Origin: a virus
Taxonomy: Duplodnaviria > Caudoviricetes
IMG/VR virus record: IMGVR_UViG_3300037042_003862
Span: 1 to 54,531 of that record
Length of the DNA: 54,531 nt
Strand: one strand, 5' to 3'
The notes beneath the pieces were generated by a model. It was not told the origin of the DNA and did not search any database. It saw nothing but the letters and a program-made list of their open reading frames with translations. Every line of letters begins with the position of its first letter. Position 1 is the first letter of the stretch. Shown here piece after piece: positions 21,883 to 31,146 of this stretch. The position numbers and the translations under genes are program-made.

Positions 21883-22288
21883 TTTGCCTCCGGTCAAACA
21901 TCGCCAACAGGTCCTCGTCGCTCGGGGTTTGCGGCCAGTGTTTCACAGAAGCCGCGATCAGCTGCGCCCGTGTTGCCAGGCCCACTATATCGGAGGCTGT
22001 CTGTCCGGAGAACACCAACCACTCTTTTCCTACACGCAGAAGCAACCAAGCATTTCCGCCACGACGGCAATGCCGACGCAACCACAGTCGTTGTAGGGGG
22101 GTGTAGCGTTTCAGCGACAGGATCGTGTCGGCCCTCTTGGGCCAAGCGTCCTCGCTCTTCAGCTCAATCCAGCCCCCGATGAAGGCGACATCGGGAGTTC
22201 CGGGCAGCACCCCGTTCTCGACGGGGATTGCGTCGAGGTCTCTGAGGGCTCGGACTACGCGAGACCTCATGCTTGATTCGCTGGCCAT
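21866..22288 (-). CDS. PD-(D/E)xK nuclease (VRR-NUC/resolvase-like)
   Basis: VEN...PGTPDV...WIELK...Q..WL.....GG.AWLL. Confidence 0.8.
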   Translation of the reverse strand: MASESSMRSRVVRALRDLDAIPVENGVLPGTPDVAFIGGWIELKSEDAWPKRADTILSLKRYTPLQRLWLRRHCRRGGNAWLLLRVGKEWLVFSGQTASDIVGLATRAQLIAASVKHWPQTPSDEDLLAMFDRRQNVPQA

Positions 22289-24177
22289 TACTCAATCTCA
22301 CCCCAACTTGGGCCCACCTCAACGTCCACGCGGCTCGGGACGCTGAGAGGAACAACCGTGCGCATGATCTCAGCAAGGCCCTCGGCCTGCTGTCTGTCGG
22401 TGACGCTGAGGTCCAGCTCATCGTGGACCTGGAGCTGAATCTCGTATCCAGCAGCGTCTCCAGCAACCATTGCGGCCTTGGTCTGGTCACCGCTGCCGCC
22501 CTGGATCAGGCGGTTGAGGGCCTTGTGTGTCCAGTCGTAGCCCTTCCCATCCTCGTTCTTGGGGAACCTACAACGACGGCCCAGGACGGTCTTGAGGTAG
22601 CCCTTTGAGTTGGCCACGTTTGAGCACCGCTGTGCAAGCTCCTTGACGTAGGGGGCTCGCCTCTCAAACTGCTCAATGATGGCCTTCCCCTCCGGCCCAG
22701 CCACCTCGATCATCCGCCCGTGGGTTGGGCTCATGATCCACTCAGTGGGGAGGCCGCAGTCCTTCGCCATCTTGGCCGCCCCCATCCCGTAGCACTTACC
22801 CAGGAACAGGTTTTTGGCCTGCTTCCTCGGGAGCCCCGTCAGCTCCGCCATCATCTGATGGTTGTCTGTCAAGGGGTCATCTCGGTATCGCTGAGCAGCG
22901 GACATGGCCCCGCGACAGTGCGTCATCTCCGCGTAGTGGGTCAGGAGCCGAGGCTCCTGCTGACTGTAGTCGAGACATGCCCAGAGCTTCCCCTCGTCCG
23001 GGATGAAGATGCGGCGCCACATGGGCCCAACCTCCTCGTCCCGAGCCGGTTGCTGCTGCATGTTCGGGTGCTCTCCGCTGAGCCGACCGTATGCCGCCCC
23101 TCCCAGAGAGCCGTCATCCTTCTCCTTTCGGAGCTGGTTGAGCACACCATGGATCCGGTCTCCAATCGCATAGTCACGGATGGACTGGACAAAGGTAGTC
23201 CGGATCTTGTTGACCTTGCGCGCACGGGCAAGGGCGTCAGCGACTGGATGCTTGACCTCGGCGAGGAACTCCGCGGTGATCGAGGGCGCACCCTTCGCCG
23301 TAGTGGGGGGAGTGATCCCGATAGCCTTCAGAGGCTTGGACATGACTTCGGCTGACCAGACATCACCTACCGCGATGTTGACGCTTGTCAGTTCGGCCAC
23401 AATCGCCAGGGCCTGAGCCTCCTGAGCTAGGCTCCATGACTCGATGGCGTCGAGCCTCTCGTGGCTAAACCGGACGCCACGCCGTCGCACCTTCAGAAGG
23501 ACGGGCAGCAGCTTCGACTCTAGGTTGTAGATGTCCCAGAGGTCCTGCTCCTCAATCAGCTTCTCCTGGCGCCGGAGGATCTTGAGGGGCAGGAACACGT
23601 CCTGGATTGCGTATTCAGCAACAAACTTGGCAGGGAGCTTCCAGATGTGCTGAGCCGCGTTGCCCTTCAAGCCGTAGGCCGCAACAGCCTCGCTCAGCAC
23701 TGACTTGTCCTTGCCAGGCATCTTGTAACGCTTGGCGATGGCGTCCAGGTTGTAGGTATCCTGAAGCTCGTCAAGGAGCGGCTCAGCAACCTGCACATCG
23801 CGAACCCAGGAGGCCGAGCTGTAGTGGACTCCGACCTCGGCAAGGTAGTCGAGGTCATACGTTGCGTTGGTCGCGACAATCGTGCCCTTGTAGTTGCGAG
23901 CCTGGTCGCGGAGGTAGGCCAGCGCGTGGTCGCGGTCAACGTTGCCGCCGCCCTCATGAGCAATCGGGAGGTAGAACGCCGGACCATCCTCGATCGCGAA
24001 CGCTACGCCGGCAATGAACCCGCCTCGACGAACTCCGGGCCCAAGCTCCCTCAGCTTGGGGTCGCAGGTCTCGATGTCGACAGCTACCCTCTGGGCAGCT
24101 GACCAGCTCGGCAGCTCGCTGATCTTCGGAGCAACCCAGTCGGACTTGGGCAGGAACAACGCACCTTGGAGAGCCAT
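22288..24177 (-). CDS. polA: DNA polymerase family A with 3'-5' exonuclease
   Basis: Exo I VDIET; motif A LDYSQQEPR; motif B RKQAKNLFLGKCYGMG; motif C VHDEL. Confidence 0.95.
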   Translation of the reverse strand: MALQGALFLPKSDWVAPKISELPSWSAAQRVAVDIETCDPKLRELGPGVRRGGFIAGVAFAIEDGPAFYLPIAHEGGGNVDRDHALAYLRDQARNYKGTIVATNATYDLDYLAEVGVHYSSASWVRDVQVAEPLLDELQDTYNLDAIAKRYKMPGKDKSVLSEAVAAYGLKGNAAQHIWKLPAKFVAEYAIQDVFLPLKILRRQEKLIEEQDLWDIYNLESKLLPVLLKVRRRGVRFSHERLDAIESWSLAQEAQALAIVAELTSVNIAVGDVWSAEVMSKPLKAIGITPPTTAKGAPSITAEFLAEVKHPVADALARARKVNKIRTTFVQSIRDYAIGDRIHGVLNQLRKEKDDGSLGGAAYGRLSGEHPNMQQQPARDEEVGPMWRRIFIPDEGKLWACLDYSQQEPRLLTHYAEMTHCRGAMSAAQRYRDDPLTDNHQMMAELTGLPRKQAKNLFLGKCYGMGAAKMAKDCGLPTEWIMSPTHGRMIEVAGPEGKAIIEQFERRAPYVKELAQRCSNVANSKGYLKTVLGRRCRFPKNEDGKGYDWTHKALNRLIQGGSGDQTKAAMVAGDAAGYEIQLQVHDELDLSVTDRQQAEGLAEIMRTVVPLSVPSRVDVEVGPSWGEIE

Positions 24178-24347
24178 TAGCTGACCTCGACCTTCTTTGC
24201 GGCTTCTTCAGCAAACCAGCGCAGCTTCAGGAGGGCTGTCGTCCGAGCCGGGATGTTACACCCCGGGTTGTCGCAGTATCTGTTGATGGCCCCGACCAGG
24301 GTCCGAACCAGGACAGCAAGAGCGTCGGCGCGTTCCTTGTCCGTCAT
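24177..24347 (-). CDS. Hypothetical protein (56 aa, not in ORF track)
   Basis: MTDKERADAL...KVEVS; overlaps both neighbours' start/stop. Confidence 0.55.
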   Translation of the reverse strand: MTDKERADALAVLVRTLVGAINRYCDNPGCNIPARTTALLKLRWFAEEAAKKVEVS

Positions 24348-24547
24348 TCCTTGCCCTTACCCTCGGCCGCGGACTCCTGCCCCAGGGCCTTACGGTTTTC
24401 GTGGATGTAGATGAACAACTTGATCTTGTCGTCGTTCTCCTTCATCTCATCATACAACCAGAGGAGGTATCGGGCCTCGACACCCTCCAGTCGCTCGCCC
24501 TTGAACTTGCCGAACGGCATTCGATCCTGGTCAGTGAACTTTGGCAT
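24344..24547 (-). CDS. DUF3820/QSregVF-like small protein
   Basis: MPFGKFKG.....V...YLLW. Confidence 0.8.
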   Translation of the reverse strand: MPKFTDQDRMPFGKFKGERLEGVEARYLLWLYDEMKENDDKIKLFIYIHENRKALGQESAAEGKGKE

Positions 24548-25112
24548 GTTGGGTAGGTCTCACCGCAATCTGTAGGTGTTCATCGCCGTAGTCGGCCCGA
24601 CCGACTAGGAGGGCAACGACAACGTTGTCGAGAAGGACGGCACCGCCGGACAGGCCGGGGTGAATCTCGTCCGTGGGGAACCGTAGGGCCAGAGTCCCAG
24701 GCTCGGTAGCTCTGCTGGAAACGACGGCCGGGATCAGCTTGCTCTCCGGCCGGAGGCAGCCCGCGCCGCGGAACCCCGACACCCACACCCAGGTCCCCGT
24801 GGGCAGGGGCCGGTGGAAGTCCGAGGGGAGAGGAGGGGGACCCTCGGAGGCCTCAAACACCACCCAGTCGGCACTCACCGCTGTGCCCACCCCCCGCAGG
24901 CGGGGGAGGAACTCCGCCGGGGCCCTGTCTAGGGTCCCTGACACATCTTCGCACAGGACATGGGCACAGGTCAGCCACAGTCCACCTCCGAGATGGGTGG
25001 CCGTCGCTCGGCGGCCAGAGGCCGTTGTGACCTCGGCCGTCGGGAGCCGGTCCGGCGGCGGGCTCGGGGGAGCCGCACAAGCCGCCAGGAGAGCTACCAG
25101 GAGCCACCTCAC
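24531..25112 (-). CDS. Trypsin-like serine protease lipoprotein
   Basis: Lipobox LLAAC; catalytic triad LTCAHV, ADW, PGLSGGAV; GTG start. Confidence 0.8.
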   Translation of the reverse strand: MRWLLVALLAACAAPPSPPPDRLPTAEVTTASGRRATATHLGGGLWLTCAHVLCEDVSGTLDRAPAEFLPRLRGVGTAVSADWVVFEASEGPPPLPSDFHRPLPTGTWVWVSGFRGAGCLRPESKLIPAVVSSRATEPGTLALRFPTDEIHPGLSGGAVLLDNVVVALLVGRADYGDEHLQIAVRPTQHAKVH

Positions 25113-25921
25113 AACGGGATGCGGGCTACCCGAGCCCCGTTGATGTCGATGTCGACGAACTGGCCCTGGCAGGCGAACCCGATCTGTTGGCCGCCGTTCG
25201 CAGCCGTCCAGCGGAAAGTGTTCACCCGGTTCTGGATCAGCCAGAGGATGACCTCGACGAGAGGACCCTCCACGTGGGTGACCAGGAAGTGCGGCCCCGT
25301 CGCACCGGCCGCGGGACCCGACCCCAGAATCTCATACTTGAGCCTGCGGAAGGACTGGGCATCGGCCATCGGCCAATCCGAGGACTGACGGAGGCCGATG
25401 CTGGTCCAGCTCTTCAGGGGGCTGGCGCCGTCGAACTCGATGCCGTAGACCAGCAGCGCGTTGTCCAGGTCGTAGGTCCCGCCTCCGGCCCTCGTGATGG
25501 CGTTGAAGCCGGTCATCTCGCATAGAGTGGGGCCGTCAATCAGGGGGAGGTCGTTGATCGGCGCAATCGGGTCCTGGCGCAGCACCTCCACGAGGAACAT
25601 GGGGGTGGGCGAGGAGCGGCGCTGATTCATCGGTTCCACCGAAGTGATCCTGTAGAACTTGCCCGTGGTCGTGTCCTTGCCCAGGTCCGGTTTGTCGTCG
25701 CCGTCCTGGTCATAGGCCTCAAACCGTCCGCCGTCTGGGGTGGTGGCCTCACCGACCTTGACCATCAGTCCGGGGGTGCGGACCTCGGTGGGGTCGATCG
25801 TGATGCGGATCAGGAACTCGCCGGTCACCTCGCCCGTCTCCGGGTCGAACGTGCGCCAGGTGGCGGTGATGGAGCAGGCCGCAACCAAGGCCAGCAGAGT
25901 AAGCAAAAGCAAACGAGTCAT
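25109..25921 (-). CDS. Putative lipoprotein
   Basis: MTRLLLLTLLALVAAC lipobox; DQDGDDKPD Ca-binding-like loop. Confidence 0.75.
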   Translation of the reverse strand: MTRLLLLTLLALVAACSITATWRTFDPETGEVTGEFLIRITIDPTEVRTPGLMVKVGEATTPDGGRFEAYDQDGDDKPDLGKDTTTGKFYRITSVEPMNQRRSSPTPMFLVEVLRQDPIAPINDLPLIDGPTLCEMTGFNAITRAGGGTYDLDNALLVYGIEFDGASPLKSWTSIGLRQSSDWPMADAQSFRRLKYEILGSGPAAGATGPHFLVTHVEGPLVEVILWLIQNRVNTFRWTAANGGQQIGFACQGQFVDIDINGARVARIPL

Positions 25922-25989
25922 GTTGGTTCTCCGCCCCGAGAGTTGTGGATGGCCGGGGCGCAGCGCATCCGGGTAACCATACCCCGACC

Positions 25990-26364
25990 TCAGGTGGTCG
26001 GGGGCTGATTATCTCGGTGGATGCTAGTTGCTGACGCCGCACTACGGGCGAGCATCTCCGCCTCTACCAGCAAGAGATACCGGCGGAGGTCTCGGATGTC
26101 GTCGATGATGCCCTCGGCACGCTTGTCTGCCTCGATGTGGGAGAAGATGTCCCAGGCGTCCGCGTCGGTTCGATTCGGGGCAACACCTTGGTGAATACCT
26201 TCCCGCACCCGGTTCTCCAGGCGGTCCCACTTGCGAGCGAGCATCATGAATGCGCCCACCCCTCCCCGCTTCTTCCAGGAGTCGCCATAGCTCTCCTCGG
26301 CCTTGAAGAGGCCGATGACGTCTCGGTCAGAGACCTCTTTGATGTGATCAAGGTAGTTGGTCAT
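25990..26364 (-). CDS. Nucleotide-modification-associated MazG-like protein (DUF1599-like)
   Basis: YGDSWKKRGGVGAFMMLARKWDRLEN...DDIRDLRRYLLLVEAE. Confidence 0.75.
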   Translation of the reverse strand: MTNYLDHIKEVSDRDVIGLFKAEESYGDSWKKRGGVGAFMMLARKWDRLENRVREGIHQGVAPNRTDADAWDIFSHIEADKRAEGIIDDIRDLRRYLLLVEAEMLARSAASATSIHRDNQPPTT

Positions 26365-26869
26365 TGTTTCTCTTCCAGCTGTAGGATTCTACGAACCTCA
26401 AGACTTCTGGAGGGGTGAGGTTGTTCCCGTTATTGAACCAGGTCCTCAACGCCCTCAGGCAAGGCATCACGTGAAGGTTGCCGAGGGCCTCCTGGTCGTA
26501 GGCCCAGAGCAGGAGTTCCAGCTTGTCCACCGCGGACAACCAGGCAAGGTCGTTGAGAGACAGCGGATAGTTCAGCAGGCCGAGTTTCGTCAGCACCGCC
26601 ACCTCAGCGTCCTCTTGCGCCTCGGCGAGCTTGGGGTGGGCCCATTTCGTCGGAGCCGGCATGTCCCCGCAGTAGCGTTCCGCCACGTCGTGGAACATCA
26701 CCGCCTTGACCAGGTCCAGGCTCGGGTTCGGGTGGAGGTGGAGCAGCAACATCGCAGCCTGCCAGGAGTGCTCGGCGATGTTGTAGGACCCGTGATGGGG
26801 AAGCGTATGGCAACGCTTCACGTGACCGGCCTCCCGGATGATCCGGATGACTTCTTGAGGGTCCATCAC
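26348..26869 (-). CDS. HD-domain (YfbR-like) nucleotidase
   Basis: V.R.H...IAEHS...HDVAE...GD.PAP.K...DKLE. Confidence 0.85.
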   Translation of the reverse strand: MMDPQEVIRIIREAGHVKRCHTLPHHGSYNIAEHSWQAAMLLLHLHPNPSLDLVKAVMFHDVAERYCGDMPAPTKWAHPKLAEAQEDAEVAVLTKLGLLNYPLSLNDLAWLSAVDKLELLLWAYDQEALGNLHVMPCLRALRTWFNNGNNLTPPEVLRFVESYSWKRNNDQLP

Positions 26870-27876
26870 TTCGCCCCCTCCTTGCGTCGCTCGATCCAGT
26901 CCCTTGCCGCCAGCCTCCAGTCGGCGGCCTCGACCCGGAGGATGTGCTGGGCCATGTCGCCGAGGCGACCCTCCTTGCGAGACAGCCAGGCCTCTCGCAT
27001 AGGCACAGCGACATCGCCGAAGAAGGAGTTGCTGAACCCGGAGGCCCCACCAACCATGAACTTCTCCAGGTCAGTGAACCAGGTGCGAGAGTCCTGGACC
27101 ATCGGGTAGGGCTGAACCTCCCCCGCGCTGTAAGGGTCCGATACGGTTCGGCTGCTGAAGAAGTCCGGCACGCAGCCCGCGAGCTTCTCTGCCATCTCCC
27201 AGTGCCCCTGGTAGATGTGGGTGTTGAAGGAGGTCTGGGTGTAGGTTCCGACCCCGAGTCCGGTGAGGCTGGCCATGACCTCCTGTAGGACGCTGAACTG
27301 GACAGCGTTGGCCCCGTGCGCTCCCCAGATCAGGTCGTTGCTGCGATTGAATACCATGAGAGCCAACCTCCCATCTGTATCGACCTGGAAGCAAGCCGAG
27401 ACGTTGCACGGGACATCCTTGGTATGCTGATGGGAGAGGTCCTGTCGAGGGTCCCACATCGAAAGGACCTGCCGGCGGTCATCAGGGTTCCGTCGCAGAC
27501 GGTCCGCGATCACGAGGAGCTGATCCATACCATAGTGGTATCTCCAGCGCCAGCCATAGGCTCCGTTGAACACTTTCCCATCGTCGGAATAGTTGGCGAT
27601 GTTCGCGCTGAACCTGCTAATCCACTCCACGTCTCTCCGGCCGTCGAGCATCCAGAGAGCTTCCATCAAGTGGAAGAACGGGTTGGCGTCCCGAGCGTCC
27701 CAGAACAGGACTCGCTCCTGGGGCTTGAGATAGACGGTGGACATGGCCGACGGGAACACCTTGACGGGCCCGTTTCGAGAAGCTCTGACAACACCCTTCT
27801 CGTTGATGCGCATGCAGCCGATCGGCAAAGCATGCTGAACGTTACGAGCTACAATGACTTCCACACACGCTCCCAT
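26866..27876 (-). CDS. Thymidylate synthase homolog, probable dUMP hydroxymethylase
   Basis: SRNG, RDANPFFH..EALWM..GR.D, GAYG.RWR, KDVPCN catalytic Cys, RSNDLIWGA.GAN (Asn indicates dUMP specificity), H.Y. Confidence 0.88.
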   Translation of the reverse strand: MGACVEVIVARNVQHALPIGCMRINEKGVVRASRNGPVKVFPSAMSTVYLKPQERVLFWDARDANPFFHLMEALWMLDGRRDVEWISRFSANIANYSDDGKVFNGAYGWRWRYHYGMDQLLVIADRLRRNPDDRRQVLSMWDPRQDLSHQHTKDVPCNVSACFQVDTDGRLALMVFNRSNDLIWGAHGANAVQFSVLQEVMASLTGLGVGTYTQTSFNTHIYQGHWEMAEKLAGCVPDFFSSRTVSDPYSAGEVQPYPMVQDSRTWFTDLEKFMVGGASGFSNSFFGDVAVPMREAWLSRKEGRLGDMAQHILRVEAADWRLAARDWIERRKEGAK

Positions 27877-28142
27877 CTTGCTAGGGTTTCTGGCAAACAG
27901 ACCACGCGGAACCGTCCGGTGATCGGGTATGACCGACTCAGGCCCTTGGGCATGACCCAGGCCCGCCCAGAGTCGCAGTCTACTTTCGTGACATGTTCGA
28001 CAAAGTTGTTTGTCTCCAGGTCGAGCACATACAGGTGTTGCCAGCCCGGAGTTTCCTCGGCAGCAACAAACCGTATCGGGGCTGAGATGGTATCATCAAC
28101 CCTAGGTGCCTTGATACTTTGCTCGTGGTCGGCCTTCATCAC
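27849..28142 (-). CDS. Hypothetical protein
   Basis: 97 aa filling the gap in the modification operon. Confidence 0.5.
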   Translation of the reverse strand: MMKADHEQSIKAPRVDDTISAPIRFVAAEETPGWQHLYVLDLETNNFVEHVTKVDCDSGRAWVMPKGLSRSYPITGRFRVVCLPETLARWERVWKSL

Positions 28143-29007
28143 GTTGGACCCTCGTGTATTTGTCGAACTCGCACAAAGAGTGCTCGATGTCGCGCATCTC
28201 TAGTGTAGCATCCCATCCAACAAAAGCTAGCTTGTGGGCCTTCGCATGCTGAAGCAGCACACGCATCCCCCCCAGGGCCGCCGCCGCGGAGAGGGGTTGA
28301 GGGTGTAGGGACCCATCCTCAGTCATGAGGCGGCGGAGCCCACGCAGCGCCCCGGGGCCTGCGTTCGCCCAATCCATGATGTCCTCGGCGTCCCGGAGGT
28401 AATGCGTGTGGCGGAGGTCGGTGACCCACTCGTAGGACATGAAGGGCCCCCAGCCAATGTAGTGAGGCTCCTGGGCCAGCAGAGCCCAGGTCTCTCGGAG
28501 GGTCCGCGCCGAGTCCAGTTCCTCCTCCAGCTTCCTCCGGTCATCCCAGAGTCGGCCCAAGACGATCTCGCTGATGTATCGTTGCTTAGTCCAGCTATAC
28601 CAGGGCTTGGTCGAGTCGGATTCCGCCCGGATCATGTAGGCCCCCGTGTAGACCTGCTCGCCCCGAGCCTTGCGAGCGTCGAGGAGTTCAGTCATGCGGT
28701 TCGGATGAAACACCTGACTCGACGGCCAGGCACTCCGGCTGCCGATCAACTCCGCCAGGGTGGGTGGGTGATTGATCGTCCGAGCTATCGCCAGCATGAA
28801 CCAGAGATAGGGGTGAGTGGCGAATGGGATCCGGATGTTGTCTCGGATCCACAACGTGACCGTGTCCAGCTCGCGGAACACGTTGCAGAACCGATACTGC
28901 TGAAGGATCGGGTCCGCGGTCCATGGCTTGGGCTTTCCCTCGGACCTCCGAACCCAGATGTCGTGACGCTTCAGCATCCAGTCGAATAACCCTGAGCCGT
29001 CGATCAT
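28102..29007 (-). CDS. Amino acid:DNA transferase / aGPT-Pplase clade 1 (thymidine hypermodification)
   Basis: Start moved to MIDGS (ATGA overlap); PWT.DPIL..YRFCNVFRELD.VT, YTGAYMI, G.GPFM.YE.V.DL, GPGA.RGL, DIEH.LCEFDKY.R...EGRPR. Confidence 0.88.
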   Translation of the reverse strand: MIDGSGLFDWMLKRHDIWVRRSEGKPKPWTADPILQQYRFCNVFRELDTVTLWIRDNIRIPFATHPYLWFMLAIARTINHPPTLAELIGSRSAWPSSQVFHPNRMTELLDARKARGEQVYTGAYMIRAESDSTKPWYSWTKQRYISEIVLGRLWDDRRKLEEELDSARTLRETWALLAQEPHYIGWGPFMSYEWVTDLRHTHYLRDAEDIMDWANAGPGALRGLRRLMTEDGSLHPQPLSAAAALGGMRVLLQHAKAHKLAFVGWDATLEMRDIEHSLCEFDKYTRVQRDEGRPRAKYQGT

Positions 29008-29474
29008 GAGGGGATCCCCAGAGCGTCGCAAAGGAGCCCCCAGGCCCGCCCGGGCTCTAGTTGAAGGACCTCGACACCTTCCGTCTCCGAGGCCCTCGCC
29101 ACGAGGCCAGGGTGATCCAGAACCCCGAGATTGAGCAGCACCCAGATCACGCGGAAGCCGTCCCCCAGGAGGTCCCGCGACAGGTCGCGCTCCGCTCGGT
29201 AGCCGACTCCTGGGCACTGAACCACCACGGTCTGAACATCCGGTTCAGTCAGCGCCTGACGCACGGACATCTTCCGGATCCGGTGACTGACGTTCTGCTC
29301 GATCAGGCAGGTTTGGAGGTCCGGGTTGATCGTGCCCAGGACCATCCGAGCGGCTCCCGTCTCATCGATGAACGGAACCAGGTCCAGAACTCCGTCATGC
29401 GGCCCGAGGAACCCCAGGCCGATGGTCTCGCGGAGTCGAGCGTTACCGCGGAGCAGCACAATGGTCTTGGTCAT
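29004..29474 (-). CDS. Hypothetical protein, possibly a degenerate 5-hydroxymethyluracil DNA kinase
   Basis: Position and size fit a 5-HMUDK; alpha/beta pattern starting IVLLRG, but no Walker A GxGK(S/T). Confidence 0.55.
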   Translation of the reverse strand: MTKTIVLLRGNARLRETIGLGFLGPHDGVLDLVPFIDETGAARMVLGTINPDLQTCLIEQNVSHRIRKMSVRQALTEPDVQTVVVQCPGVGYRAERDLSRDLLGDGFRVIWVLLNLGVLDHPGLVARASETEGVEVLQLEPGRAWGLLCDALGIPS

Positions 29475-30034
29475 GCAACCACCAGCTCACAGGTTTGGAT
29501 CAGCTTCTCAGCCGGGTTGTAGTGGTAGAACTTAGCCTGGTCCGAGAATAGCGGAATGTGCCTGTATTTCCTGATGCCGGGTTTGCGGTAGCTGAGGACC
29601 TTCTTGCCCCGGAGAAGCTCCGAGACCACCTCGCCATGCTTCTGGGTGATGGCGTAGGGCTGGTCCATGTAGAAAGCAATCTGGTTGGGCGGGTATCGCT
29701 TCTCGCAAGCCATCCGAACCTGGACATGCTCCGGGTGTTGAATGCCCAGGGGCACGACGATCAGGGCCTTGCCGAAGAACTCCGCGGAGGGGAAGTGATC
29801 ATCCAGGAGGGGCTGGCCCTCCACCGCTCCGGTCCCCATCCACTCGGAGCCCACCGCCTCGGCGTAGGCCAATGCGTCGTGGGCCCGCTTGCGGGTGGCA
29901 CTGAACACCGTCCAGATGATAGTCCGCTTCCCCGCCTTGACGCGGTCCTCGATGTGCTGCCCCATCGACAGGAACGCATCATCAGCGTGCGGCTCGACCA
30001 CGACCAGGTGATCAACGTCCAAGGATTGTATCAT
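29471..30034 (-). CDS. PIG-L/LmbE family N-deacetylase
   Basis: VVEPHADDAFLSMG (HxDD) and PLGIQHPEH (HxxH), Y.DQPYA. Confidence 0.85.
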   Translation of the reverse strand: MIQSLDVDHLVVVEPHADDAFLSMGQHIEDRVKAGKRTIIWTVFSATRKRAHDALAYAEAVGSEWMGTGAVEGQPLLDDHFPSAEFFGKALIVVPLGIQHPEHVQVRMACEKRYPPNQIAFYMDQPYAITQKHGEVVSELLRGKKVLSYRKPGIRKYRHIPLFSDQAKFYHYNPAEKLIQTCELVVA

Positions 30035-31133
30035 ACAGCACCGCGGCGGAGTGGTTCTTCAGAACGTAGGCCCGAGCCTCCTCGGCGTTGAAGCTCGATC
30101 GGTCATAGCTGAGGAGCGCATCCGCCCAAGTCTCGGGGGTGTCGAGTGCGCAGATCAGGTGGGATGGGATCGGGGTGTTCTTCACGCTGCTGTGAACCAC
30201 CGGAACACAGCCATAGTAGAGAGCTTCGATGATCGTGTGGTTGTAGCTGCCGGCCCTGTAGGCCGCATACTTGGGCTTCCCAGAGCCCTGGAAGTCGATC
30301 ATGAAGGAGCCTCGGCTCAGGATCGTCGGCACCTGGGTCTCCGGCACACAGCCGAAGAACTGCGCTGGGCCCACCCCACTATAGTCCGGGGCAAAGTGGT
30401 CGCGGCCGACACGCTCCTTCCACTCGGGCTCAAGGCGCATGTTGTAGTATTCGATGCCGTTGCCATACATCTCAACGGTCCATCCGTTGGTGCTGGCGGC
30501 CGGGAGACCTTCCCAGAACTTGCTAATGCCCTTGATGTTCTTCCACTGGGGCAACCAGATCACCAGGTTGGGGTCTCGCTCGACCTCGGGGTGCTCTGCG
30601 AGTTCCCGGAACGGCACAAATGCGTTCGTGACTGGGTATCCCGCCTTGATCATCGGGTCGCCGTATGCCGGCTGGCAGACCATCGTGCGGTCGCAGAGCG
30701 GGAGCACCATCTCCCCAAACTCCTTGTATGAGTCCCAGTAGCCGTCATGGACGTAGCCGATGATGGGGATCCCGGCAGCCTTGATGCCTTCCAGGAGGGG
30801 AAGGAACAGCGGCTGGTCGCCATAGGCCTTTGTCGGGTGGGGGCAGAGGAACGACAGGATGACCGCGTCGTAGTTCTGCTGAATGAACCGCAGCGTTGCC
30901 TTGAAGTTCAAGGGGTGGTGCGGCGCGGTCCCGTCGATCGTGATGAAGGTATCGCCGCCACGAACCCGCTTGCGCTGGATGAACTTCCCCGGAGCTTTTG
31001 TCTTCTGGGGATCCGAGGCCAGGATGTCGAACTCATCACCTCGGGAGAGGGCCTCGGCCCTCAGCGTCTGGAACGTGGTGTTGATTCCCCCGACGCTGGA
31101 GGTGGACCAATGTAGCACTGCGACTCTTGTCAT
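30012..31133 (-). CDS. GT-B glycosyltransferase (GT4-like)
   Basis: N-terminal VGGI loop, HD, KNIKG, YNHTIIEALYYGCVPVV, AR.YV..NHS. Confidence 0.8.
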   Translation of the reverse strand: MTRVAVLHWSTSSVGGINTTFQTLRAEALSRGDEFDILASDPQKTKAPGKFIQRKRVRGGDTFITIDGTAPHHPLNFKATLRFIQQNYDAVILSFLCPHPTKAYGDQPLFLPLLEGIKAAGIPIIGYVHDGYWDSYKEFGEMVLPLCDRTMVCQPAYGDPMIKAGYPVTNAFVPFRELAEHPEVERDPNLVIWLPQWKNIKGISKFWEGLPAASTNGWTVEMYGNGIEYYNMRLEPEWKERVGRDHFAPDYSGVGPAQFFGCVPETQVPTILSRGSFMIDFQGSGKPKYAAYRAGSYNHTIIEALYYGCVPVVHSSVKNTPIPSHLICALDTPETWADALLSYDRSSFNAEEARAYVLKNHSAAVLYDTILGR

Positions 31134-31146
31134 GGTTCTCTTGTTT

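Noticed and set aside
29008-29217. N-terminal 70 aa of the 371-aa ORF 28102..29217
   Set aside because: Low-complexity extension overlapping 29004..29474; family similarity starts at MIDGS (29007)
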